Shown here: one piece after another, positions 19,496 to 29,575 of the stretch
Layout of the letters: the number at the start of each line of letters is the position of its first letter
Position numbering within the stretch: the stretch's first letter is position 1
Virus record (IMG/VR): IMGVR_UViG_2974629863_000001
Span: 32,001 to 96,000 of that record
Direction: 5' to 3' (one strand)
Length of the DNA stretch: 64,000 nt
Origin: a virus
Taxonomy: Duplodnaviria; Caudoviricetes
Notes under the pieces: model-generated
Database searches by the model: none
Told to the model about the DNA's origin: nothing
The model's input: only the letters and a program-made list of their open reading frames with translations
Position numbers and translations under genes: made by a program

Positions 19496-22176
19496 TGTAT
19501 GACAAGATAGATACAGGTGACATTACACTTCAAGTCGAGTCAACAAGAGAAAACCGAGAAGCAACGGATGCCTTTGGGAATAGTTCAATAGCTATCTCCC
19601 AGGGCGCATTCGACAGAGGTCTAAGCCAGGATGGTGTCTCTTACACTGAGATGCGAATGAATAAGAACGGTGACGTTTATAATATTTATGACTTCACCGA
19701 CATCACTGGATGGGTTTCCGATGCTGGTTATCCTGGAACAGTTATTACCAATAATGGCTTGGTCATTCAGCAGTCCGCACAGGTGGTGCTAGAATTCAAA
19801 GGCGCATTCGGTAATGGATTCTTCTCGTCTCGTGTTAACTCATATGTGAGAATTTTAGTAAATGGCAGCGTTGTTAAGACAGCTTCAGGTAATGCTAACT
19901 TAGGCATTTACCATGTTCTCTTTCTAAAGGCAGGCGATGTTGTTAAGATTCAGGCTAGATGTACTAACTACTGGTTTGACGCATCTAGACTTCGTGGTGG
20001 ACGAGATACTTACTTAAAGGTTCGTTTGAATAAGCCTGGTGAATTCGACTTCGAAGGTGACCTAGCTTGGCCGGAAAACTCTGGTTTTGCTTATGTTGGT
20101 AACAACAAATGGGTTGTTGCTCCAAGAGCTAAGAAGGGTAAGAATCCAATTGTCTCAGCAGAAGACGGAGGACCAGATTCATACGGATATTCATATGAAG
20201 GATACACCGTTGGACCTGTTATCGCTCAGTCAAAGGTTCCTTGGCCTGTTAAGGGTGGACAAACAGTAAACTTTAGTGGTCAGTTCATATCTTTGGGTAA
20301 TCCCAGAGAGAAGTCAGATTTCTCAGGTGACACACTAGTTCTTTACAGATTCAGTCTTTGGGGATCTGGCGTTACTACTGACGAATACGGCACAGAAACA
20401 GAAAACAAAATTGAATTGATGTATTACCAGGCGAGCAACAGCACATCTGGAACTACAAACTACAATATTTCTGGCATTCCATCTGCTACAGTACCCGAAG
20501 GAATTACTCATCTGTACTTTACAGTGTCATGTGTATATCAGGCAGACGGAACCTATGGAACTATCAACTTCGAGGTTCTAGAAGGATCAATGGTCGTTTC
20601 CAAAGCGTCATACTTCGGAGCTTCTGTTGTTAACCCAATTCAGGTTATCATCAATCAGCCTTCCAGCATACAGCCTGTGTATACGCATCCTCTTTCTAAG
20701 ACAGGTGTTGCTTTTAAGAATCCTGGTGGGTTCCTAAATGTATATGAGAATGCACAGCTTACATTCTTTGGTGCGCCAGATGCGCCTACAACAGTACAAG
20801 CCTATAACTACACTCCTGGTGGAGGAACTGGTTCATGGATTGGTACTTACTCAGCGGCAGCAAATGAAAGAAAGACTGTATCTATTACGCCCGGAACGCC
20901 GGGAGGGACAGTGCAGCTACTAGTAATATCAGGAACTACGTATGTAGAGAAGCTAGTTAACTCTGAGTCGGATACACTTAATTCAACTACAGATCAGTTA
21001 AGAAAACTAACATTCGTAGATATTGAAGATGATGCAAGTAGAATCTCTATTCTAAAAGAAGAGGGAGATAAGTCTACAGGAACGATTGACTTTGCTACTG
21101 CAACATTAGACCCAGCAGTATCGCCACTTCTAAAGCCGGGTAAGATCGTTAGAGTTCTAGGTCGTCACTATGGAAATGGTAATACTACCAAGCCTGCAGG
21201 ATGGACTGGACCAGCATTGTACTCAACTATATTTACTGGCAAGGTAAAGAGAGTTACAAGTGGTTATTCTTATGAAGATGATCCAGTTGTTCAAATTACT
21301 CTATATGACGTTTATGATTCACTTCAGACTATTAAAACAGAGTTTGCCTCTGATCAGATGGTCAAATATGGAGCATGGTTTAACCGTGTTGGATCTAGTG
21401 TCATATATAACGATATTGATTGGGCTGGATCAGCTAAGGATGAGTCTACTGTTCCTAATAAGTTCGTATATGAACCTAGTGCATGGGGAAATATCAGTCT
21501 AGCCGACTCTGTTTCTATGACTAGAAATGCTAATAAATGGTGGGTTATTGTAGATAGATTTAACAAGATGAGAATTATGACTTCTCTTAATCCAACCAAG
21601 AAGTACACTCTTACAGATGGTACTGTTGCCGGTGATCTGAATTATGGTAGATTCTCTAGAGGATCAGACACAGATTCAGTAATCAATAAGGTCAATGTTC
21701 AAGAGTATGTTCTAGACATTAAGGATCTTAAAGGAAGAACTCTTGCTGCATCTTCAGAACCACCAGCGGATCTAGACTTTGTTAGATCAAAGCAACAGAC
21801 TGCTACCTTCTCTAATAAGACAAGTGTGAACTCATATGGAGAGTTCTCCAAGTCTTTTGACGTTGTTAGAGGCAATGGTAACTACTTGGATCTTTCAAGC
21901 GGTTATACCGGAGCTAACTTCAAGTCTTGGGCAGAAGCAATCCTTGCAGAAAGATCTGAACCTACCATCAATATTTCAGAGTTGAATGTTCCAATTAAAA
22001 ACAGTAACGATATTCGAAAGATTTCTGAACTAGAAATTCTAGACAAGGTTGACATTGTATACAAGGGAGTTACTCAAACTTCTAGAGTCAGGGAGATTGA
22101 ACACACGATTATTCCTGGCAGATGGTATACAGAAATACGCTTTGACTCCAAGGGCGATATGACCTACTGGGGCTAG
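19495..22176 (+). CDS. Minor tail / tail-tip protein
   Basis: Directly follows tape measure; C-terminal region (IFTG.V, LE..D.V, IEHTI.PG.W) resembles siphophage hub-type tail proteins. Confidence 0.7.
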   Translation: MYDKIDTGDITLQVESTRENREATDAFGNSSIAISQGAFDRGLSQDGVSYTEMRMNKNGDVYNIYDFTDITGWVSDAGYPGTVITNNGLVIQQSAQVVLEFKGAFGNGFFSSRVNSYVRILVNGSVVKTASGNANLGIYHVLFLKAGDVVKIQARCTNYWFDASRLRGGRDTYLKVRLNKPGEFDFEGDLAWPENSGFAYVGNNKWVVAPRAKKGKNPIVSAEDGGPDSYGYSYEGYTVGPVIAQSKVPWPVKGGQTVNFSGQFISLGNPREKSDFSGDTLVLYRFSLWGSGVTTDEYGTETENKIELMYYQASNSTSGTTNYNISGIPSATVPEGITHLYFTVSCVYQADGTYGTINFEVLEGSMVVSKASYFGASVVNPIQVIINQPSSIQPVYTHPLSKTGVAFKNPGGFLNVYENAQLTFFGAPDAPTTVQAYNYTPGGGTGSWIGTYSAAANERKTVSITPGTPGGTVQLLVISGTTYVEKLVNSESDTLNSTTDQLRKLTFVDIEDDASRISILKEEGDKSTGTIDFATATLDPAVSPLLKPGKIVRVLGRHYGNGNTTKPAGWTGPALYSTIFTGKVKRVTSGYSYEDDPVVQITLYDVYDSLQTIKTEFASDQMVKYGAWFNRVGSSVIYNDIDWAGSAKDESTVPNKFVYEPSAWGNISLADSVSMTRNANKWWVIVDRFNKMRIMTSLNPTKKYTLTDGTVAGDLNYGRFSRGSDTDSVINKVNVQEYVLDIKDLKGRTLAASSEPPADLDFVRSKQQTATFSNKTSVNSYGEFSKSFDVVRGNGNYLDLSSGYTGANFKSWAEAILAERSEPTINISELNVPIKNSNDIRKISELEILDKVDIVYKGVTQTSRVREIEHTIIPGRWYTEIRFDSKGDMTYWG

Positions 22177-22193
22177 CGTGCTAGACTAGTCGA

Positions 22194-22541
22194 ATGAAAT
22201 ATCCCACAGGCGTTTTTATCGAACACGACGGTTCAATCTATAGAGTCTCAGGCAATAAGTTGTACCCTCTGCTATCGTGGAGGGCAACTTTGTCTTGGCA
22301 TCAGCCGATTATCCCAGCAGAATACATCTTTGATTATGAGCGATCAGAAGCAAGACTTGGATTCAGGCCTACTTCGATCTTAGAGTCATGTGTAGATGGA
22401 AGATTCTACTTCATTGATGGTTTTCAGAAGAGACTCATCACCACTCCCGACTTCTGGGATTTAGGTTTTAATAAGTTTGAAAAGTTTGTAGTATCACAAG
22501 AAGAATTAGATTTCCATAAAGACGGAGAACCAATTGAGTAA
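22194..22541 (+). CDS. Hypothetical protein
   Basis: 115-aa ORF, leaderless after TGCTAGACT. Confidence 0.65.
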   Translation: MKYPTGVFIEHDGSIYRVSGNKLYPLLSWRATLSWHQPIIPAEYIFDYERSEARLGFRPTSILESCVDGRFYFIDGFQKRLITTPDFWDLGFNKFEKFVVSQEELDFHKDGEPIE

Positions 22542-23328
22542 TGATTTAAAATGGATGCTGTCATCAGATCAGCACATTCCTTATCACGACCCTAGATATA
22601 TTGATTTATGGTTTCAAGTAATGAAGTGGTTTAGACCAGATGCAATTGATTATCTAGGTGATACCTCAGATCAAGATTGTTTCAGTAAGTATTCAATCGG
22701 AACATCTCAGGAATTCCTTAACCAGGTTGCAAAGCCGGTGTCGGAAAAGATTACACCATTCATTATGGAACAGGAACGACCAGTAGCAGAATTCTATGAG
22801 CAAACACGTAAGATGCGAAAGAACGCAGACATCTTCATTGCCCTAGGTAATCACTGCGTACGTGTATTTGACTATGTAGACCGTAAAATGCCGGATGAGG
22901 CAAAGGCTATTACTCCTGAGTCGCTATGGAAACTAGATAGCTTAGGTATTAATTACATTCACTATGCAGATCTACCTAAGAAGCGATATGGAGATATTCA
23001 CGTACATCATGGTAATGCAATCTCACAACATGCCGGTGAATCAGTAAGAAAAGATGTAGAGAACTTCGGAGTAAGTATAATTCGTGGTCATAGTCATAGA
23101 GCAGGAACATTCTACAAGACGTATGAGCTAAAGAATGAAACGCTTCGTGGTTATGAGATTGGACACTCAACAGATATTAAGTCATCTGGAATGTCCTATT
23201 CAAATCTACATAACTGGCAAGCAGGATTTGCAGTTGCACACGTAGTAGATGGCTATCCTCACGTTCAGTTCATTGAAATGACACCGGATTATACTTGCGT
23301 TGTGGATGGACGTACGTTTAAGGCATGA
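22534..23328 (+). CDS. Metallophosphoesterase (calcineurin-like)
   Basis: SDQH, LGD..D, GNH, HHG and GHSH motifs. Confidence 0.85.
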   Translation: MSNDLKWMLSSDQHIPYHDPRYIDLWFQVMKWFRPDAIDYLGDTSDQDCFSKYSIGTSQEFLNQVAKPVSEKITPFIMEQERPVAEFYEQTRKMRKNADIFIALGNHCVRVFDYVDRKMPDEAKAITPESLWKLDSLGINYIHYADLPKKRYGDIHVHHGNAISQHAGESVRKDVENFGVSIIRGHSHRAGTFYKTYELKNETLRGYEIGHSTDIKSSGMSYSNLHNWQAGFAVAHVVDGYPHVQFIEMTPDYTCVVDGRTFKA

Positions 23329-24137
23329 TAACAAATCAATGTGATGTATATGTAATTAATCAAGGATTCGTCGCATTGGAAGATCTGTCACCAGGGATGA
23401 TGGTGTATACTTTGGACTCGCTACGAGTTGAACCGGAACCGATCAAGTCAGTTAGATCAGAATTCATCCAACAGAAGATCAATGTAATTGACTCCGGTCA
23501 ACACAACGTAGATAGCACAAATAACACCCTACATCTGTACCACAGCGAAATAAATGGTTCAAAGTACCTTTCCTTCAACCATATAGATTCGCACGTTAGA
23601 AGTAAATCCACAGATCCAAAAAAGTACAATCCTGTTCTAGCTTGGCCTTACTTTCAAGATAAGCGAAACTGTTCAGACTTGGACTTGGAGTATGTTGCTA
23701 GATCCATAGTCTCTAGACATGTGGACTACAAATCCATCCAAACTATTATTGACCGATGCACCGGCGACGATGCCCTGGTCCTGGTCGATATGCTAGAATT
23801 TTGGTGTTCGGATAACCCTGGTCGAGGGTCGTTCGGGCGTGTCAGTGTCAAGTCTAGATTACATACGATTGAAAGTCAATGGTTACTTGATGAACTGTGT
23901 AAAACAGCAGCTCTAGCAGGGTTCACATCACATACAGCTAAGTTCAATGAACGTGAGTTTGCTTGGCGTGTGTACTATGAACCAATGCCTGTTGCAGGCT
24001 CAAGACCAAAGACAGAAAAGTTTAAGCAAAGATACTTCGTGGGTAATGTGTACCAAGTAGAAACTCTAAATAATAGACCAGTCTTAGGAAGATCTAAGAA
24101 CAGAACAATATATCTTCCCACTTCTCAAAGGATGTAA
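23325..24137 (+). CDS. Free-standing intein/Hint-like protein (degenerate)
   Basis: N-terminal GFVALEDLSPGMMVYTLD and C-terminal YFVGNVYQVETLNNRPVLGR resemble intein splicing blocks; no Cys1 or terminal HN. Confidence 0.5.
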   Translation: MITNQCDVYVINQGFVALEDLSPGMMVYTLDSLRVEPEPIKSVRSEFIQQKINVIDSGQHNVDSTNNTLHLYHSEINGSKYLSFNHIDSHVRSKSTDPKKYNPVLAWPYFQDKRNCSDLDLEYVARSIVSRHVDYKSIQTIIDRCTGDDALVLVDMLEFWCSDNPGRGSFGRVSVKSRLHTIESQWLLDELCKTAALAGFTSHTAKFNEREFAWRVYYEPMPVAGSRPKTEKFKQRYFVGNVYQVETLNNRPVLGRSKNRTIYLPTSQRM

Positions 24138-24138
24138 C

Positions 24139-24528
24139 ATGAATGATTATTACAGAAGTCTTGCACAAGTTCTTATGACTCGTGGAAGTCTTGTAAAGGG
24201 TAAATCTTATTACGGTGGATTCAATAACTATGAAGATTCTATTTACAAACATGCAAATGTTGAACGACACGAGTACGGATTCTACAAAGACCTAAAAGGC
24301 AGCCAACCTAAATGCGGATCTTGGAAGTCACTTACAGACATAGATGAGCAATCTTCTTATGTTTTCGCAGGAACCTTCGTTGACTCAGAAGAAGCGTATT
24401 ACGTTCAAGGCCTTCTTAGCTGCAACTGCGGGGAGATAGAAGAAGCCAACCTAGTCTACGATGGAACTATGTCTGAGTTAATCCAGTATGTAGTAGGAGA
24501 AGCACCAAAGATTAATTACCTAGCTTAG
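24139..24528 (+). CDS. Hypothetical protein
   Basis: 129-aa ORF, tightly packed; CNCG motif. Confidence 0.65.
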   Translation: MNDYYRSLAQVLMTRGSLVKGKSYYGGFNNYEDSIYKHANVERHEYGFYKDLKGSQPKCGSWKSLTDIDEQSSYVFAGTFVDSEEAYYVQGLLSCNCGEIEEANLVYDGTMSELIQYVVGEAPKINYLA

Positions 24529-24580
24529 TGCTATAATGGGTGTATGTAGGAGACTACAAATACATTCATTAGGAGAAAAC

Positions 24581-24874
24581 ATGTTAGCTATTCTAGTATT
24601 CGTTGCAGCCGTTCTGGTTGTAATCGCAACGTCCGTACTAAAGACTGTTGATATGTCTAAGAATCAGAAGAACGCTATTGCTACGGTTGTTTCCGTAGTT
24701 GGTGGCGCAATTGCAGTTGTTGTTGAAAATGGTGGCTTCGATAATTTCCTATCCGCTGGCCTCATGGCAACGATTCTTATGGTATATGGTGCAGCTCAGC
24801 TAGTTTACAAGTTCCTACTTCCAGAGTCAGTTGAAGATAAACTCGCTCTCGATGTCGGCAATACTGTAAAATAG
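24581..24874 (+). CDS. Small membrane protein, holin-like
   Basis: Start re-called at ATG 24581 (SD AGGAG); three hydrophobic segments. Confidence 0.55.
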   Translation: MLAILVFVAAVLVVIATSVLKTVDMSKNQKNAIATVVSVVGGAIAVVVENGGFDNFLSAGLMATILMVYGAAQLVYKFLLPESVEDKLALDVGNTVK

Positions 24875-24890
24875 ATTATTTGGTATAATA

Positions 24891-24920
24891 AGATAGGCCC
24901 TTCGGGGTCTATACTTATTT
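24891..24920 (+). terminator. Probable terminator hairpin
   Basis: ATAGGCCC-TTCG-GGGTCTAT followed by an AT-rich tail. Confidence 0.5.
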
Positions 24921-24929
24921 GGAGATACA

Positions 24930-25418
24930 ATGGCAGTTAATAGACCGATTCCTACGCTTTTTTTTCTAAACGGTAATTTGCACCGACGAATCCGCGTGCT
25001 CGCCTCGGATGATTCTGTGGTAGCGTGGGACTACGCAAATGAGACACGCAAGCCTTACCCTAGATCAGAGGTAAGGAAATTATACAAAAAGGCCTTTACA
25101 ATTCCACAAGCTGCAAAATTGATCAATGTATCATCAGCTAGAGTAAGGGCAGTATATAAAAAACAACTCTGTACTCCTCCACAATGGACGTACGATTTAG
25201 CTAATTATCGTAGGCTAAAAGCCTATATCTGTGAAGACGATATGTTGGAATTGCGTCAAACACTATGGGATCTGTTACCTAAAAATAGGTTTGGAGAACC
25301 TAGCGATGACAGTATGACTAATGAAAAAGATTTGATTCACGCCATGATGTTAGGTGACGATAGAGAATTCGTTGTCATCAATGATGGAGAAGATTTTATA
25401 CGAATATTTAAGGCATAA
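24930..25418 (+). CDS. Helix-turn-helix DNA-binding protein
   Basis: FTIPQAAKLINVSSARVRAVY excisionase/MerR-like HTH. Confidence 0.6.
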   Translation: MAVNRPIPTLFFLNGNLHRRIRVLASDDSVVAWDYANETRKPYPRSEVRKLYKKAFTIPQAAKLINVSSARVRAVYKKQLCTPPQWTYDLANYRRLKAYICEDDMLELRQTLWDLLPKNRFGEPSDDSMTNEKDLIHAMMLGDDREFVVINDGEDFIRIFKA

Positions 25419-25419
25419 T

Positions 25420-25713
25420 ATGGCATTTAAGAAATTTATTTCTAAGATTGAAGAAGAAGTTGAAGTTACAGATATTCTATTTCACGCAGTAGATGTTTTA
25501 GACGAAGCAATTACGATTGCGATTAAAAATCAAGACGCTGGGATGATTGATACTATTTATGATAAGTATCTTGAAGCCAGTGATAGGCTCATGGGAATTG
25601 CATTCGCTTCAGCGGGGCAAGATCAAGAAGATGAAGAAAACAGTGGGCCACCAAAGAAACAAAGAATAGGATTTTACAATGAGCCAAAACCCAACACGAT
25701 TAAGGGTAGTTAG
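25420..25713 (+). CDS. Hypothetical protein
   Basis: Start re-called at ATG 25420, just after the upstream stop. Confidence 0.6.
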   Translation: MAFKKFISKIEEEVEVTDILFHAVDVLDEAITIAIKNQDAGMIDTIYDKYLEASDRLMGIAFASAGQDQEDEENSGPPKKQRIGFYNEPKPNTIKGS

Positions 25714-25876
25714 ACGACAGACTGTTAATATGGGAGACTTCAACAGTGTCTCATTTGAAGTGTCAATCGAAGAAGATTTAGCCCCAAACCAGAAGAAGTC
25801 AGAAAAACTAGATGAACTCTGGGAGCAGACTAAACTATATATGAAGAAGAAATTCTTGGAGGAAGGACTAGCCTAA
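25679..25876 (+). CDS. Hypothetical protein
   Basis: 65 aa with TVNMGDFNSVSFEV, a motif type seen in small phage proteins. Confidence 0.6.
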   Translation: MSQNPTRLRVVRRQTVNMGDFNSVSFEVSIEEDLAPNQKKSEKLDELWEQTKLYMKKKFLEEGLA

Positions 25877-26218
25877 ATGGCAGTAGATATGTCTTACGTA
25901 GTCACGATGATGGACTTCTTTATTAAGACTCAGAAGAGTCACGGAAAAGAACGAGACCTATCGGACCTACGTCAAAATCAGTGGGATATGAGAACTGTCA
26001 TTCAAGACTTAGTTTATCATCACGAAAACATTGATGATGCAATTTCAGAACTGAAGAAGTTGATTTTGTTTTACATGAAACTCTCAGACAGTAAGACTAT
26101 CTCAGATTTCTTCAGAGAGTATCCATCATATTTAGATACAATGCGTGAGACGATTATTCAACGTCGCCAACGCAAGGCTTTATTAGAAAAAACAGTCGGT
26201 AAGGATAACAATCAGTGA
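25877..26218 (+). CDS. Hypothetical protein
   Basis: ORF abutting both neighbours in the replication block. Confidence 0.65.
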   Translation: MAVDMSYVVTMMDFFIKTQKSHGKERDLSDLRQNQWDMRTVIQDLVYHHENIDDAISELKKLILFYMKLSDSKTISDFFREYPSYLDTMRETIIQRRQRKALLEKTVGKDNNQ

Positions 26219-27495
26219 ATTATGAAGAACGAGTTATTAGTTCCCTAGTAAAACGGAAAGATATGGTTTCCGTTATGCATATGGATCTAGGTACTTTATT
26301 TACAAGCCATAAAGACATCTGGGACTTTGTGGAGACCTATTACCAGACAAATAAAGAAGTTGTTCCGGTTTCAGTTCTAAGTGAGCGGTTTCCCGACTTT
26401 GAATACGATGACAGTCTAGAAGGAACAACTAAACATTATGTAGCAGAAGCGTACGAACAGAAAGCTACAGCCGACCTCACTAGTGTTATCGCAGGTGCTA
26501 CAAAAGCACTCAAGAGCAAAAAGATTTCAGCATCAGACCTTCTAGATCACTTCCAGAAGCGAGTAGCCGAAATTAAGCAAGAGGCTGGTATGTCTCGATC
26601 AGTTGATATTCGAGATTACAAGGATGCATCAAAGCACTATGAACGCATCCGTGAATTATCAGAACTTCATGGTGGCTCACCGGGTATTCGATTCGGCTTT
26701 GATTATATGGATCAGCGGTACCCAACAGGTATGGCAGCAGGACACTTCATGGTTCTCATGGGATACTCAGGTCTAGGTAAGACTTGGTTCGGAATCAAGC
26801 TTATGATTAATGCTTGGCTTCAGGGTTACTCACCTATGATTATCAACCTCGAAATGTCGGCGGAAGAGCTAAGGGATCGAGTCTACTTCTTAATCTCTGA
26901 GTATACAATGAATGATCTAGTCCAAGCATCTGTAGATGTAAATAACTTCGAAGCATGGGCAGAAGAGTTCATGAAGGACAAGCCCGAATTTAATCTCATC
27001 AGCCAAGAGGGATTCGGAGACTTCACGGTTGATATGGTTCAGGCAAAGATTGAACAGTACCAGCCAGATGTTCTTATGCTAGACTACCTAAGTCTATTTA
27101 CAGACCGAGGTCGTTCAAATGATGAGCGCATTCGAACAAAGAAGACTGCACGTGAACTAAAGCAGTTGGCTCAGGGATCTAAGGTTCCTATTCTAACTAT
27201 TACCGCAGTTACGGGTAAGGACAAGAAAGACCGTATTAATCCTCCCGACGTTGCACAGGTTGCATTCTCATCAGAGATTGAATATGCAGCGAACCTTGCA
27301 TTCGCAGTTCACACACATAGGAATCCTGTAACTCAGGAATCACTCAATACAGAGATTGTTGCACGTAAAAATAGGCACGGCGAACTCTTTAGTTTCTTAA
27401 TTAAGATGGACCTAGATAATGGTATAATCGAGGAGATTAAAGAGGAAGATCAGGTCATGCCAGAAGATGATTTAGAATTCCTCGATGCTGACTAA
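26215..27495 (+). CDS. dnaB: DnaB-like replicative helicase
   Basis: Walker A GYSGLGKT, NLEM, LDYL, ARELKQLA, KNRHG. Confidence 0.9.
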   Translation: MNYEERVISSLVKRKDMVSVMHMDLGTLFTSHKDIWDFVETYYQTNKEVVPVSVLSERFPDFEYDDSLEGTTKHYVAEAYEQKATADLTSVIAGATKALKSKKISASDLLDHFQKRVAEIKQEAGMSRSVDIRDYKDASKHYERIRELSELHGGSPGIRFGFDYMDQRYPTGMAAGHFMVLMGYSGLGKTWFGIKLMINAWLQGYSPMIINLEMSAEELRDRVYFLISEYTMNDLVQASVDVNNFEAWAEEFMKDKPEFNLISQEGFGDFTVDMVQAKIEQYQPDVLMLDYLSLFTDRGRSNDERIRTKKTARELKQLAQGSKVPILTITAVTGKDKKDRINPPDVAQVAFSSEIEYAANLAFAVHTHRNPVTQESLNTEIVARKNRHGELFSFLIKMDLDNGIIEEIKEEDQVMPEDDLEFLDAD

Positions 27496-27512
27496 AGATT
27501 AGAGGAAAAATA

Positions 27513-27791
27513 GTGCATGAAGAGATAAAAAGTTTCACACACGAAGGCATCATTGCCGACGACAAATATTTCATTAGGGTAAAAGATAATATGCAACGTG
27601 TGTTGGAAGACTCGATGAGAATCGAAGGTTTTGTACCTGTAATTGATATGGACGTAGGTTGGTCAACTCAATTACGAGATGAAGATCGTGGTTATGCTTT
27701 TAAAATCACCATGTACGGAGTATTTGTAGGCGAGGACAAGGATTGCGAAAAAATAGCTTATTCGGGTGGAAAGATTATTCAGATCAAATAA
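27513..27791 (+). CDS. Hypothetical protein
   Basis: 92-aa ORF with SD GAGG, between helicase and primase. Confidence 0.65.
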   Translation: MHEEIKSFTHEGIIADDKYFIRVKDNMQRVLEDSMRIEGFVPVIDMDVGWSTQLRDEDRGYAFKITMYGVFVGEDKDCEKIAYSGGKIIQIK

Positions 27792-28729
27792 GTGTCGAAG
27801 ATCTATACACTATCCTAGAAGAAATAGGCATCGAGACTGCATCAGAAACAGATACTCACATATTAGTATATTGTCCCTTTCATAATAACCGGCACTCCCC
27901 AGCAGCAACAGTTTCCAAGCAAAATGGATTCGTGTACTGTTGGGGAGCTGGTTGTAACACTCGAATGAACTTACAAGAGATTGTTCAAGAGATTAAGGAA
28001 TGGGATCGCGGTAGAGCTATGCGCTTTATCGAAAAACATGCTACTAGTGATCCTGTTGAACAACTGATTAAAGAACTTGAAGCTAATCATGAAGAGATGC
28101 CAGAGTTTGATTACAAACTAATGGAAAGATTTCAGGACGAGTTTCAACATTCATCTAAAGCCAAGAACTATATTCTAGGTCGTGGTATGAATGAGTTTTC
28201 GATGAAAACATTTAATTTCGGTTATGACCCAGGGCGAGGCATGGTCCTCACACCGATGCACGACAAAGATGCTAGACTTATAGGCGTAATCGGGAGAACG
28301 ATTGCCGGTGAGAAGAGATTCAAGAACTCAAAAGATCTACCATCTAGGAAAACACTTTTCAATTATCACAGAGCGAGAAAAACAGGCTCTGACACATTAA
28401 TCATTGTAGAATCAAACTTCGATTGCATTAGAGCGCATCAGTCTGGTTATCCAAACACAGTAGCAACTCTATCGGGAGCATTCTCAGATTACCATCTAAC
28501 TCAGGTGAGTAGAAGCTTTTCTAAGGTGATCTTAGCGGTTGATATTGATGGTCCAGGAGAAGCCTTCGCAGGTAGAATATCTAAGAAGTGCAGATCGGCC
28601 GGAATGCAGGTAAACAGAATCCAGTACACTTTATCTGAGCGTTTACCACATGATGCCAAGGACTTAAGTGATTGCACAGACGATGAAATAGCACAAGCAA
28701 TCAAACGATCAGAAATATACGTCGATTAA
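27743..28729 (+). CDS. DNA primase
   Basis: Zn finger CPFH...PA...C...C; TOPRIM IIVES.FD and D.D..G. Confidence 0.9.
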   Translation: MRKNSLFGWKDYSDQISVEDLYTILEEIGIETASETDTHILVYCPFHNNRHSPAATVSKQNGFVYCWGAGCNTRMNLQEIVQEIKEWDRGRAMRFIEKHATSDPVEQLIKELEANHEEMPEFDYKLMERFQDEFQHSSKAKNYILGRGMNEFSMKTFNFGYDPGRGMVLTPMHDKDARLIGVIGRTIAGEKRFKNSKDLPSRKTLFNYHRARKTGSDTLIIVESNFDCIRAHQSGYPNTVATLSGAFSDYHLTQVSRSFSKVILAVDIDGPGEAFAGRISKKCRSAGMQVNRIQYTLSERLPHDAKDLSDCTDDEIAQAIKRSEIYVD

Positions 28730-28789
28730 TGGTATAATTGATACATGCTTTAGAGCAGAATAAAGAAAAATAGGAGAAAAAGAAAACAA

Positions 28790-29506
28790 ATGGCAATTAC
28801 AGATCTAAAAGAACTACGCAAGGCAAAAGAAGCAAAAGCAGCAAAAGACGAACTTCGCAATCGTCCAAAGGCGAATTGGTTCTCACTTAAGAATGGTGAG
28901 CAGAAAAAGGTTCAGTTCCTCAATGAGCTAACCAAAGAGGCAGAAAATTACAAGCCAGAATACGGCACTTTCTATGCACCTGTTGTCCATAATGCTCATG
29001 GTCCAGAAGGATTCAAGGTCAAGGCTCTTGACACGATGGAATCAGAGGGTAAAGACTACGCACAGGAAATGTATGAGGCAAACCGTCAGGAAACAGGCTG
29101 GAAGCCTAAGACAGATTTCTACATTAACGTAGCAACTGCAGGTGATGATGGAAAGATCGAAGCACAGATTCTTTCACGAAATCTATACTCAAGTTTCGTA
29201 GACGATCTAGCAGATATTTACGATGATTCAGACGGCGTTGGTATTACCGGCAAGACGTTTATTATCAAGCGTACAGGTGAAGGTCCACAGACAGTTTACG
29301 GTATTCGTCCATCAAAGGATGAGATTGATATCGGAGATGTTGTTCCGTGGGATCTAGAAGAGTACGCAGTTCGCAAGGTTCCTTACGCAGAGCAGAAGGA
29401 ATTCTACGGACGTTACTACGTACCAGAGCGCGGATTTGAAGATGAAGATGAGGGAGATTCTTCACCAGATTCAACTACATCAGCTAAAGAAGAACTAGAC
29501 TGGTAA
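28790..29506 (+). CDS. Single-stranded DNA-binding protein
   Basis: gp32-like pattern (WFSLK.GE, KRTGEG..T.Y) and acidic tail ending ELDW. Confidence 0.7.
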   Translation: MAITDLKELRKAKEAKAAKDELRNRPKANWFSLKNGEQKKVQFLNELTKEAENYKPEYGTFYAPVVHNAHGPEGFKVKALDTMESEGKDYAQEMYEANRQETGWKPKTDFYINVATAGDDGKIEAQILSRNLYSSFVDDLADIYDDSDGVGITGKTFIIKRTGEGPQTVYGIRPSKDEIDIGDVVPWDLEEYAVRKVPYAEQKEFYGRYYVPERGFEDEDEGDSSPDSTTSAKEELDW

Positions 29507-29524
29507 GAAGTATTTAAGCTAGAC

Positions 29525-29556
29525 GGGAGGGTTGGTAAAAACACCAACCCTCCCTT
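29525..29556 (+). terminator. Strong intergenic hairpin / terminator
   Basis: GGGAGGGTTGGT-AAAAAC-ACCAACCCTCCC perfect 12-bp stem, short U tail. Confidence 0.6.
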
Positions 29557-29575
29557 AGGCATTATTGGAGAGAAT

